DNA of 30,849 bases from a virus. Below, in pieces: positions 17,352 through 25,678 of the stretch (within the stretch, counting starts at the first letter, position 1; each line of letters begins with the position of its first letter). The DNA lies in UHGV virus genome UHGV-0006354. One strand, given 5' to 3'. The notes beneath the pieces are model-generated. The model had not been told where the DNA came from and did not search any database. It saw only the letters and a list, made by a program, of their open reading frames with translations. The position numbers and the translations under genes are program-made.

Positions 17352-17496
17352 CCCGAAAACCAATGGTGACCTGAGCGCAGATATCCGCCGTCTTGAGGGC
17401 GCGCTGACCGCCTGCGCGCTGCAGGTTAAAACCGTCAAACACTGTCAGGATGAACTCGATGCAGAAGCACAAAAGCCTGCGCAAAGCGCTGATTAA
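17206..17496 (+). CDS. lysC: Rz1-like outer-membrane lipoprotein spanin (LysC), embedded in lysB in another frame and running into R
   Basis: 96 aa; signal/lipobox-like LLCLMLCVGC followed by Pro-rich TPAPPAPVPV. Confidence 0.55.
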   Translation: MKMKPFAAGITLLCLMLCVGCTPAPPAPVPVIVVSGCPRVSLCPMPGSDPKTNGDLSADIRRLEGALTACALQVKTVKHCQDELDAEAQKPAQSAD

Positions 17497-17926
17497 CGCC
17501 GTGCCGCAGCTCCGAAATAATCCCGATATGCTGCGCCTTTTTGCCGACAACGGCCATACCGATTCCCGACTGGCGAGCTCGCTGTCGTTTGAAAAGGTGT
17601 ACGTGCTTAACGTGGTGGTGACCGACTTCACCGGTGACCTTGATTTGATATTCGTGCCGGTGCAGGCGTGGCTGCGTGAACATCAGCCGGACATTATGAC
17701 CACCGACGACGGGCGGGAAAAAGGATTCACCTGGATTATTGATATCAATAACGACGATTCGCTCGATATCAGTATCAGCCTGAGGCTCACCGAGCGCACG
17801 CTCGTCAAAGAGGTCGACGGCGCGCTGCACGTCAGCTATGCCCCTGAGCAGCCACTGCCTGAGCCGGTGACGCGCCCGGTCGAGCTGTACGTTAACGGCG
17901 AACTGGTGAGTAAGTGGGATGAGTGA
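17459..17926 (+). CDS. R: Tail completion protein R
   Basis: MQKHKSLRKAL... aligns with P2 R start; alternative ATG at 17450. Confidence 0.8.
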   Translation: MQKHKSLRKALINAVPQLRNNPDMLRLFADNGHTDSRLASSLSFEKVYVLNVVVTDFTGDLDLIFVPVQAWLREHQPDIMTTDDGREKGFTWIIDINNDDSLDISISLRLTERTLVKEVDGALHVSYAPEQPLPEPVTRPVELYVNGELVSKWDE

Positions 17927-18374
17927 ATTAACCGCGCTGCAGGAACGCCTTGCCGGTCTGATTGCCAGCCTGTCACCAGCGGCACGTCGGCAAATGGCGG
18001 TTGAGGTTGCGAAAAAGCTGCGTACCAGTCAGCAACAGCGTATCAAGCGCCAGCAGGCACCCGACGGCACCCCGTATGCGGCACGAAAGCGCCAGCCGGT
18101 GCGGAGCAAGAAAGGTCGGATTAAACGTGAAATGTTCACCAAACTGCGCACCAGTCGCTTTATGAAAGCCAAAGGCAGCGACAGTGCGGCGGTGGTGGAG
18201 TTTACCGGCAAGGTGCAGCGCATGGCGCGGGTGCATCAGTACGGCCTAAAAGACCGGCCAAACCGCAACAGCCGGGATGTGCAGTACGAGGCGCGACCGT
18301 TGCTCGGATACTCTTCATCAGACTTACAAAAAGTTGAGAGTTTAATTATGGATGCTTTATGTCAACGCCATTGA
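17919..18374 (+). CDS. S: Tail completion / virion morphogenesis protein S
   Basis: 151 aa (P2 S 150 aa); synteny R-S. Confidence 0.8.
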   Translation: MSELTALQERLAGLIASLSPAARRQMAVEVAKKLRTSQQQRIKRQQAPDGTPYAARKRQPVRSKKGRIKREMFTKLRTSRFMKAKGSDSAAVVEFTGKVQRMARVHQYGLKDRPNRNSRDVQYEARPLLGYSSSDLQKVESLIMDALCQRH

Positions 18375-18382
18375 CTTTGGAT

Positions 18383-18411
18383 TCGCTGAGAATTATTATA
18401 TAACTCAGCGA
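18383..18411. promoter_or_regulatory. Inverted repeat (8-bp stem, AT-rich 13-nt loop) in the convergent S / cargo-gene intergenic region
   Basis: TCGCTGAG-AATTATTATATAA-CTCAGCGA; no flanking T-tract on either strand. Confidence 0.3.
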
Positions 18412-18447
18412 TAGAGGTGGACTGGTGTCTAGGTGGGCGTGCCCACT

Positions 18448-18475
18448 GAGTTGGGTTCGATTCCCTAACCTCGTA
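18448..18475 (+). other. tRNA 3'-end-like fragment (T-arm plus partial acceptor), not a complete tRNA
   Basis: GGGTTCGATTCCC T-loop motif at 18453-18465, followed by ACCTCGT without CCA; no matching 5' acceptor, D or anticodon arm upstream; overlaps the cargo gene stop. Confidence 0.3.
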
Positions 18476-19301
18476 TTATTCCTCTCGATATTTTTATTGC
18501 TGGGTTTTCCTTTCTTATTTCATTTTTAATTTGCTCATCACAAATTAAATAATCTATGTTTTTTGCTTTAACAAGTTCTTTAACGTTAATGTTAATTGAA
18601 TTTAATAGATTTGCATTCCGCATGTTAGCCCCTTCATAAGTAACGGATTTAAAATCACATCCTTTTAATATGCAGCTTTTCATTTCGCTATCTGTAAAAT
18701 ACCCCCCTTCAAAACTGCAGTTTTCGAAAGTGACATTTTGAAAACATGTATTAAATGCCTTAATATTTCTTAGCTTGCAGTTTTTGAATTTAACACTCTT
18801 AACTCTATTGCCTGTAATATTTAGAGCTTGAATTGTGCAATTATCGAAAGAACAATCTCTAATGTATGATTCGCTCATATTCAAGCCGGTTAAGTCAGCG
18901 TCTTTAAAGTGTAAATATTTGATAGTGGACATTTTATCAAGTTCAATCCTTGGAACTTGAATGTTATATATTCCTTTAGCATTTAACTGACGTATGATTT
19001 TTATCTTCATAATATTCAGTTCTGCAGAAGAATGCTTTGCCAGATTTTCAAGATCTTCAATTAGTTCGTGAATAGCATCTTTATTTTGCCTTTTATTTTC
19101 AAAATAGTAAAGAATCACACCCAAAACAAGAAAGTCTAAAATTGAAGAATTTGCATTAACAAGAAAATTCTCCATGAATTTTGAGTTGTAGTTATCATTA
19201 TAAACAGACAACCCTACTATAAGCCCGGAGTATAAAAAAAAGATACCTATAATATATTTCATATTGCTTATTGTACGCCTAAAAGATGAAGTTCTTTTCA
19301 T
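18465..19301 (-). CDS. AT-rich cargo gene: membrane-anchored pentapeptide-repeat protein, inserted between S and V
   Basis: 279 aa from ATG 19299-19301 (track ORF extends to GTG 19346); basic N-terminus then two hydrophobic helices (KYIIGIFFLYSGLIVGLSVY, ILDFLVLGVILYYF); C-terminal repeats of the form ..NC..F.. (DNCTI, KNCKL, ENCSF, KGCDF). Confidence 0.75.
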   Translation of the reverse strand: MKRTSSFRRTISNMKYIIGIFFLYSGLIVGLSVYNDNYNSKFMENFLVNANSSILDFLVLGVILYYFENKRQNKDAIHELIEDLENLAKHSSAELNIMKIKIIRQLNAKGIYNIQVPRIELDKMSTIKYLHFKDADLTGLNMSESYIRDCSFDNCTIQALNITGNRVKSVKFKNCKLRNIKAFNTCFQNVTFENCSFEGGYFTDSEMKSCILKGCDFKSVTYEGANMRNANLLNSININVKELVKAKNIDYLICDEQIKNEIRKENPAIKISRGIIRG

Positions 19302-19438
19302 TACTACCTGCCATATGTTTTGTGTGATTTTCGAATGAGTCAACACTCAAATGATACATGAATGCACACCGAATTGTGTAGAAGAGCATACAGCTGAATC
19401 GTTTTGCTCTTGGCTTTAACAATCGGCATTCTTTGTTC

Positions 19439-20074
19439 ATGAACACATTAAACACCATTCAAGAGTTAGCACGTGCCATTCGCAACCTCATCCGCTCAGG
19501 CGTGGTGACTGAGGTCGATACTGTGCAGGGGCTGTGCCGCGTACAAAGCGGCGGGATCCAGACTACATGGCTGAACTGGCTGACCACCCGCGCCGGTCGT
19601 TCGCGGACGTGGTGGGCTCCCTCGGTCGGTGAGCAGGTTCTGCTGCTGGCAATCGGTGGCGAGCTTGATACCGCTTTCGTGCTGCCGGGTATTTTCTCCG
19701 ACGATAACCCCGCCCCGTCTGCCTCGGCGGATGCGTGGCATGTGGCTTTCCCTGATGGTGCGGTCATTGAGTACGAGCCCGAAACCGGCGCGCTGACGGT
19801 CAGCGGCATAAAAACGGCCGACGTGACGGCATCGGAGTCCATCACCGCAACCGTACCGCTGGTACTGGTGAAAGCCTCGACCAGTATCACCCTCGACACC
19901 CCGGAGGTGATTTGCACCAATAAGCTAACGACGGCGACGCTTGAGGTGCAGAAAGGCGGCAAGATGAGCGGCAATATCGAACATACCGGCGGGTCACTGT
20001 CGTCTAATGGCAAGGTACTCCACACCCATAAACACCCGGGCGACAGCGGCGGGCAAACGGGGGCACCGTTATGA
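19439..20074 (+). CDS. V: Baseplate spike / assembly protein V
   Basis: MNTLNTIQELARAIRNL... and RSRTWWAPSVGEQVL match P2 V; track start 19433 is a TTG two codons upstream. Confidence 0.85.
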   Translation: MNTLNTIQELARAIRNLIRSGVVTEVDTVQGLCRVQSGGIQTTWLNWLTTRAGRSRTWWAPSVGEQVLLLAIGGELDTAFVLPGIFSDDNPAPSASADAWHVAFPDGAVIEYEPETGALTVSGIKTADVTASESITATVPLVLVKASTSITLDTPEVICTNKLTTATLEVQKGGKMSGNIEHTGGSLSSNGKVLHTHKHPGDSGGQTGAPL

Positions 20075-20418
20075 CGGCGCGCTATCAGGGGATGAACCGA
20101 AATACCGGCCTTGGCATCAGCGATACCGAGCATATCAGCCAGAGCATGCGCGATATTCTGCTGACGCCGGTCGGCTCGCGGGTGATGCGTCGTGAATATG
20201 GCTCGCTTCTGTCGGCGCTGATTGATATGCCGCAAAACCCGGCGCTCAGGCTGCAAATTATGGTGGCGTGCTATTCGGCTATCCAGAAGTGGGAACCGCG
20301 CATCAGGCTTACATCCATCAGCTTTGAGGCCGGCGACGCTGGCGAGATGTATGTCGATATTACCGGGATGCGTACCGATACCGGTGCGTCAGTTTCAACC
20401 ACTGTTTCACTGAGTTAA
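20071..20418 (+). CDS. W: Baseplate wedge protein W (gp25-like)
   Basis: 115 aa, identical length to P2 W. Confidence 0.85.
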   Translation: MTARYQGMNRNTGLGISDTEHISQSMRDILLTPVGSRVMRREYGSLLSALIDMPQNPALRLQIMVACYSAIQKWEPRIRLTSISFEAGDAGEMYVDITGMRTDTGASVSTTVSLS

Positions 20419-20424
20419 ATAACT

Positions 20425-21333
20425 ATGGCAACCGTTGACCTGAGTCAGTTACCCGTTCCCGATGTGGTTGAGGAACTGGACTATGAAACCATCCTTGCGG
20501 AACGCAAAGCGACGCTGATATCGCTCTATCCAGAAGACAAGCAGGAGGCCATTGCCCGGACGCTCACACTTGAGTCAGAGCCGGTTGTTAAGCTGCTGCA
20601 GGAAAACGCCTACCGTGAAGTTATCTGGCGTCAGCGGGTGAACGAAGCCGCGCAGGCGGTGACGCTGGCCTACTCCGCCGGTAACGACCTCGACGTCGTA
20701 GCCGGGAACAATAATACCGAACGCCTGACCATCACCCCGGCGGATGATACCACCATCCCGCCGACACCTGCCGTTATGGAATCTGATACCGACCTGCGAC
20801 TGCGCACGCAACAGGCGTTTGAGGGATTGAGCGTGGCGGGTCCGGTCGGTGCATATGAGTATCACGGCCGCAGCGCCGACGGGCGGGTCGCTGACGTTTC
20901 GGTCGCCAGCCCGTCGCCAGCCTGCGTGACGATTACCGTGCTATCGCGTGAGGGGGACGGCACTGCCAGCCCTGAGCTACTGGCGATTGTTGATAAAGCG
21001 CTGAACGCCGAAGATGTGCGCCCGGTAGCTGACCGGGTGACCGTCCAGTCAGCCGAGATTGTGCCGTACCAGATTGACGCGACGATCTATGTTTACCCCG
21101 GCCCCGAATCTGAACCCATCAGGCAGGCGTCAGAGCAGAAGCTGCAGAGCTACATCAGCGCGCAGCACCGCCTCGGGCGTGATATCCGTCTGTCAGCCAT
21201 TTATGCGGCGCTGCATGTTGAGGGGGTGCAGCGTGTCGAGCTGACATCACCGCAGGCCGACATAGTGCTGAGTAAGTCGCAGGCGTCGAACTGTACCGAG
21301 TACCAGATAACTATCGGGGGCTCGGATGAATGA
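20425..21333 (+). CDS. J: Baseplate assembly protein J
   Basis: 302 aa, identical length to P2 J. Confidence 0.85.
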   Translation: MATVDLSQLPVPDVVEELDYETILAERKATLISLYPEDKQEAIARTLTLESEPVVKLLQENAYREVIWRQRVNEAAQAVTLAYSAGNDLDVVAGNNNTERLTITPADDTTIPPTPAVMESDTDLRLRTQQAFEGLSVAGPVGAYEYHGRSADGRVADVSVASPSPACVTITVLSREGDGTASPELLAIVDKALNAEDVRPVADRVTVQSAEIVPYQIDATIYVYPGPESEPIRQASEQKLQSYISAQHRLGRDIRLSAIYAALHVEGVQRVELTSPQADIVLSKSQASNCTEYQITIGGSDE

Positions 21334-21934
21334 CCGGCTATTACCCGTTGGCTCGTCGCCGCTGGAGGTCGCCGCCGCCGCTGCGTTCTCTGAGATTCAG
21401 CGCGTGCCGGTACCGCTGCGCACCCTGTGGAACTGGCGCACCTGCCCGGTAAAGCTGCTGCCGTATCTGGCGTGGGCGCTGTCGGTCGACAGGTGGGATG
21501 AGAAATGGCCGGAGGCGACAAAGCGCAGCGTCTGCGCGTCCTCGTTTTTCGTCCATCAGCACAAAGGCACCATCAGCGCATTGCGTCGGGTCGTCGAGCC
21601 GCTCGGCTTTCTGATTGAGGTGCGCGAGTGGTGGCAACTCGACGAGGAGCCAGGCACATTCCGCCTCGTTGTTGGCGTCCTCGACAGCGGCATCACTGAC
21701 GAAATGTATCAGGAGCTTGAGCGCCTGATTGAAGACGCCAAACCGGCAAGTCGCCACCTGACCGGGCTGGCTATCAGTCTGAGCTCGACCGGCGAACTGT
21801 ATGTCGGCGCGGGATGCTATCACGGCGACGCGCTGACTGTTTACCCCTACACCCCCGAGGAGATTGTCGTCGGCGGTGAATATTACCCGGCCTCGGCCAT
21901 CCATTTGATTGATAATCTGAGAGTGAACGCATGA
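21326..21934 (+). CDS. I: Baseplate protein I
   Basis: 202 aa; synteny J-I-H. Confidence 0.8.
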   Translation: MNDRLLPVGSSPLEVAAAAAFSEIQRVPVPLRTLWNWRTCPVKLLPYLAWALSVDRWDEKWPEATKRSVCASSFFVHQHKGTISALRRVVEPLGFLIEVREWWQLDEEPGTFRLVVGVLDSGITDEMYQELERLIEDAKPASRHLTGLAISLSSTGELYVGAGCYHGDALTVYPYTPEEIVVGGEYYPASAIHLIDNLRVNA

Positions 21935-23007
21935 CCGCAAAATATTTTGCCATTCTGACCAATCAGGGCGCGGCGCGGCTGGCGAACGCGGCGGCACTCG
22001 GTACCAAACTCAACCTGACGCAGATGGCCGTCGGTGATGCGAATGGTACGTTGCCGAACCCTGACCCGGCGCAGACGAAGCTCATTAACCAGAAACGCAT
22101 CGCGCCGCTGAACCTGCTGACCGTTGACCCGGCCAATACCAGTCAGATTATCGCGGAACAGATTATTCCCGAGAATGAAGGTGGTTTCTGGATCCGCGAG
22201 ATTGGTCTCTATGACGATGATGGTATTCTGATTGCCGTGGCGAACTGTCCGGAGACCTACAAGCCACAACTGCAGGAGGGAAGCGGTCGCACGCAGACCA
22301 TTCGCATGATTCTGATTGTGTCGAGCACATCGGCAATCACCCTGAAAATCGACCCGGCAGTCGTGCTGGCAACGCGCCAGTATGTCGACGACAAGATTAT
22401 CGAGGTGAAAGGATATGCTGATGACCTGATGAAAAAACATGTTGAGGCCGCCAATCCACACAAGCAGTACCCGTTAATCGCTAATGCTCTGAAAGAAATG
22501 GTTGACGCGGGACTGGCCGGCGACGTTCTTAAAAACCTTGGTTTGGGAGAAACGATAAATAAAGCCTCCGGAGCTATGCAGAAATCGGCTAATGGAGCTG
22601 ATATTTCTGATGTATCAGCCTTCCGAAATGCGCTCCAGTTAGGGACCGCCGCAACACGAGATGTTGGAGCAGATAATGCCTCGAAGTTACTGGATTTAGA
22701 CAGCTTCAGGTCAATGATGTCAGGGAATGGCTACATCTACATTCCATGCATTGCGACGACAGGAAACCCGGTGAAACTTATGTTGCAGTGGGGAACGGTG
22801 GCAACACAAAAGGGAGCTGATGCTGGATATGCCTTACCATTTGCTTTTCCCTATGCAGGCTTATTTGCGACCGGAAACCGTGGAACATCTGGCTACAATG
22901 CCGCGATGAATGTGCGTATTGCCAGCAGAACGCATATCAGTATTCAGAACTGGTCGCCATCCGGAGAGGGCACCGAAGATTGTTGTTTTATCGCGCTGGG
23001 GTATTAA
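21931..23007 (+). CDS. H: Tail fibre protein (P2 H-like constant N-terminal part with a short exchanged C-terminal receptor-binding part)
   Basis: 358 aa; N-terminal about 160 aa resemble P2 H; from about 22440 the sequence is AT-richer; C-terminus ends ...CCFIALGY. Confidence 0.8.
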   Translation: MTAKYFAILTNQGAARLANAAALGTKLNLTQMAVGDANGTLPNPDPAQTKLINQKRIAPLNLLTVDPANTSQIIAEQIIPENEGGFWIREIGLYDDDGILIAVANCPETYKPQLQEGSGRTQTIRMILIVSSTSAITLKIDPAVVLATRQYVDDKIIEVKGYADDLMKKHVEAANPHKQYPLIANALKEMVDAGLAGDVLKNLGLGETINKASGAMQKSANGADISDVSAFRNALQLGTAATRDVGADNASKLLDLDSFRSMMSGNGYIYIPCIATTGNPVKLMLQWGTVATQKGADAGYALPFAFPYAGLFATGNRGTSGYNAAMNVRIASRTHISIQNWSPSGEGTEDCCFIALGY

Positions 23008-23009
23008 GA

Positions 23010-23420
23010 ATGAATAAATTTTATAAAGGCTCTTTCTATCCGAAAGCACTAAAAGAGGTATATATCAGCGCCGATTCATGGCCTGAAAATGGCGTTGATG
23101 TTGATGATGAAACAATGGCAATTTACACAGGCGTAGCGCCACAAGGCAAAACGCAGGGGGCTGATAAAAATGGTAATCCTGCGTGGATTGATATCCCGCC
23201 ACTCTCCGCTGAACAACAGATTATTCAGGCTGAACAGAAAAGAACGGTATTGCGTTCTATGGCTGATAAGGAAATAGCCTGGAGACAGGATGCTTTTGAT
23301 GCGGAAATCGCGACGGCAGAAGAAACCGCCGCGTTATCTGAATGGAAAAAATACCGGGTCCTGCTGATGCGCGTTGATACAGCAAAACCCGTATGGCCTG
23401 TCAATCCGCAGGATATTTAA
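23010..23420 (+). CDS. G: Tail fibre assembly chaperone (Tfa / P2 G-like)
   Basis: 136 aa from ATG 23010; C-terminal motif LSEWKKYRVLLMRVDTAKPVWPVNPQ typical of Tfa proteins. Confidence 0.7.
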   Translation: MNKFYKGSFYPKALKEVYISADSWPENGVDVDDETMAIYTGVAPQGKTQGADKNGNPAWIDIPPLSAEQQIIQAEQKRTVLRSMADKEIAWRQDAFDAEIATAEETAALSEWKKYRVLLMRVDTAKPVWPVNPQDI

Positions 23421-23634
23421 CGGGGGCGTTGTAGGTGGTGACATATTCAAGCAGTTCTGTTGGATATGTCACCGTTGCTGCATCTCGCTCTACGTTAAAT
23501 GTATCCGCTCCCCAGATAACACACTCCCTCAAAAATGCCTCCACCTCTGGCGAGACTTCAACCGCATCATCAGGTCGCTCTTGTTCAGAAACATAAAAAC
23601 CAACGGTCGTTGGGCTGAAATAGATATTCTCCAT
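23401..23634 (-). CDS. Inverted alternative tail-fibre assembly-like ORF (short, part of an invertible-cassette remnant)
   Basis: 77 aa, tail-to-tail with Tfa and overlapping it by 20 nt; directly follows the alternative fibre segment on the minus strand. Confidence 0.4.
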   Translation of the reverse strand: MENIYFSPTTVGFYVSEQERPDDAVEVSPEVEAFLRECVIWGADTFNVERDAATVTYPTELLEYVTTYNAPVKYPAD

Positions 23635-23636
23635 AT

Positions 23637-24068
23637 TTAGTATCCTATTGCTTCAAAATGCAGTGTCGGTGTTTCGCCGAGATTGGGTGTCGTATACGCC
23701 ACAGTGAATCGCGTTCTTGATACGTCAGTGCCAGAATCAGTATCGCGATGCGTTGCCAGTGATTTTCCGGCCATTGATGCCTGGGTCGAAAAGCTGTAAC
23801 TCGCTAATGTTGCCAGCGTTGCTATTTGTGCATTTGGGAATTGTCTGGGGAAATTAACCCTGTAGTAATGGGTGTAGTACGTCACCCCACCAAGCACCTG
23901 CGCGTTGAAGTTACCAACTGGTGTCAGTGTCACAGTGCCAGCCTGTCGAATCATACCATTTGGGAGAATATCCCAGGCAGTTTGTCCGTTTCGCGACATA
24001 CCAAATGCGGACATGTCCGGGAGTTGATTATTACCGGTTCCGACATCCCGTTTTGCCGCTTCTCCCAA
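23637..24068 (-). CDS. Inverted alternative tail-fibre C-terminal segment (promoterless cassette, no ATG)
   Basis: N-terminus LGEAAKRDVGTGNNQLPDMSAF parallels H residues 237-256 LGTAATRDVGADNASKLLDLDSF; C-terminus ...LHFEAIGY parallels H ...CFIALGY; an in-frame stop lies just upstream. Confidence 0.55.
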   Translation of the reverse strand: MGEAAKRDVGTGNNQLPDMSAFGMSRNGQTAWDILPNGMIRQAGTVTLTPVGNFNAQVLGGVTYYTHYYRVNFPRQFPNAQIATLATLASYSFSTQASMAGKSLATHRDTDSGTDVSRTRFTVAYTTPNLGETPTLHFEAIGY

Positions 24069-24139
24069 TTGAACCTTTTAGAAAATGCAGATATTCCGTT
24101 CAGCTGGCATGTTCCCGACTTTTTACCGGGTTATTTCTC

Positions 24140-24386
24140 ATGTTTATCGGTTATGTACGTGTATCAACAAATGACCAGAACACCGCATTACAGCGAAATG
24201 AACTGGAGTGCGCAGGATGTGAGCTGATTTTCGAAGATAAAATCAGCGGCAAAACATCAATCAGACTGGCCGGGGCTAAAGAGGTTACTCAGAACCTTGT
24301 CAGAGGGCGATACGCTTGTGGTCTGGAAACTGGATCGCCTCGGGTATCTCAACGCTATACAAACAATTTCCCGCATCCGTTGCTGA
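24140..24386 (+). pseudogene. Serine DNA invertase (Gin/Hin/Cin/Pin family) remnant: frameshifted and 3'-truncated
   Basis: MFIGYVRVSTNDQNTALQRNELECAGCELIFEDKISG matches the Gin N-terminus; about 24260 the homology shifts frame (DWPGLKRLLRTLSEGDTLVVWKLDRLG) and stops at 24384-24386; C-terminal DNA-binding half absent. Confidence 0.7.
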
Positions 24387-24484
24387 TGTCTCAATGTGTC
24401 AGACATCGCCCAACACTGACAAATAGCCCCTCAACAGACCAGCCAGGACAATAACACTTGCCCACTAACCACGGAGTTAACCGG

Positions 24485-25663
24485 ATGAGTGATTTTCACC
24501 ACGGCGTGCAGGTGCTTGAGATTAACGACGGCACCCGCGTCATTTCCACTGTTGCAACCGCAATTGTCGGCATGGTCTGCACGGCCAGCGATGCGGATGC
24601 CGAGACATTCCCCCTCAACGAACCGGTATTGATTACCAATGTGCAGAGCGCCATTGCAAAAGCCGGTAAAAAAGGCACGTTGTCTGCCTCCCTGCAGGCT
24701 ATCGCCGACCAGTCAAAACCCGTCACAGTTGTCGTGCGTGTTGCCGAAGGTACCGGAGAAGACGCCGAAGCGCAGACCATTTCCAATATCATCGGCGGCA
24801 CGGATGAGAACGGTAAATATACCGGCATCAAGGCGCTGTTGACTGCCGAAGCAGTCACCGGCGTTAAGCCGCGCATTCTCGGCGTGCCGGGTCTCGATAC
24901 CAAAGAGGTCGCAGTCGCACTTGCTTCGGTCTGTATCAGCCTGCGCGCGTTTGGTTATGTCAGCGCATGGGGTTGTAAAACCATTTCCGAGGCGATGGCC
25001 TATCGCGAGAATTTCAGTCAGCGCGAGCTGATGGTCATCTGGCCTGACTTCCTCGCATGGGACACCACCACTAACGCCACCGCAACAGCCTACGCCACCG
25101 CTCGCGCGCTCGGTCTGCGCGCCTACATCGACCAGACTGTCGGCTGGCATAAAACCCTGTCTAACGTCGGTGTGCAGGGTGTCACCGGCATCAGTGCCTC
25201 AGTGTTTTGGGATTTGCAGGCATCCGGCACCGATGCTGACCTGCTCAACGAGGCCGGGGTCACGACGCTGGTGCGCAAGGATGGTTTCCGCTTTTGGGGT
25301 AACCGCACCTGCTCTGATGACCCGCTTTTCCTGTTTGAGAACTACACCCGCACCGCGCAGGTGCTGGCCGACACGATGGCCGAGGCGCACATGTGGGCGG
25401 TCGACAAACCCATCACCGCATCGCTTATCCGTGACATTGTCGACGGTATTAACGCCAAATTCCGCGAGCTGAAATCAAATGGCTACATCGTGGACGGTGA
25501 ATGCTGGTTCGACGAGGAATCGAACGATAAGGAAACCCTCAAGGCCGGGAAACTGTATATCGACTACGACTATACGCCGGTTCCACCACTGGAAAGCCTG
25601 ACCCTGCGCCAGCGTATCACCGATAAATATCTGGTGAATCTGGCCGAATCGGTCAACAGCTAA
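24485..25663 (+). CDS. FI: Contractile tail sheath protein (P2 FI)
   Basis: 392 aa from ATG 24485 (track begins at TTG 24458); MSDFHHGVQVLEINDGTRVISTVATAIVGMVCTASDADAETFPL nearly identical to P2 FI. Confidence 0.9.
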   Translation: MSDFHHGVQVLEINDGTRVISTVATAIVGMVCTASDADAETFPLNEPVLITNVQSAIAKAGKKGTLSASLQAIADQSKPVTVVVRVAEGTGEDAEAQTISNIIGGTDENGKYTGIKALLTAEAVTGVKPRILGVPGLDTKEVAVALASVCISLRAFGYVSAWGCKTISEAMAYRENFSQRELMVIWPDFLAWDTTTNATATAYATARALGLRAYIDQTVGWHKTLSNVGVQGVTGISASVFWDLQASGTDADLLNEAGVTTLVRKDGFRFWGNRTCSDDPLFLFENYTRTAQVLADTMAEAHMWAVDKPITASLIRDIVDGINAKFRELKSNGYIVDGECWFDEESNDKETLKAGKLYIDYDYTPVPPLESLTLRQRITDKYLVNLAESVNS

Positions 25664-25678
25664 GGAGCCTGAAATAAC

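Noticed and set aside
18396-18475. Possible complete tRNA gene at the S/V cargo junction
   Set aside because: Only a T-arm and partial acceptor 3' strand are recognisable; there is no complementary 5' acceptor strand, D-arm or 7-nt anticodon loop, and no CCA. Treated as a fragment.
19375-19392. TGT-N12-ACA element (TGTGTAGAAGAGCATACA) as the Ogr/B-dependent late promoter for V
   Set aside because: It matches the P2 late-promoter dyad exactly, but its centre is only about 55 nt upstream of the V start codon, leaving no room for a -10 element and leader if the site sits at -55 as in P2. Could be coincidental or belong to the divergent cargo gene; left uncalled.
23921-24454. 177-aa track ORF 23921-24454 as a single gene
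   Set aside because: It is a chimera of non-coding sequence, the invertase N-terminus and out-of-frame readthrough; the true invertase homology changes frame near 24260 and stops at 24386.
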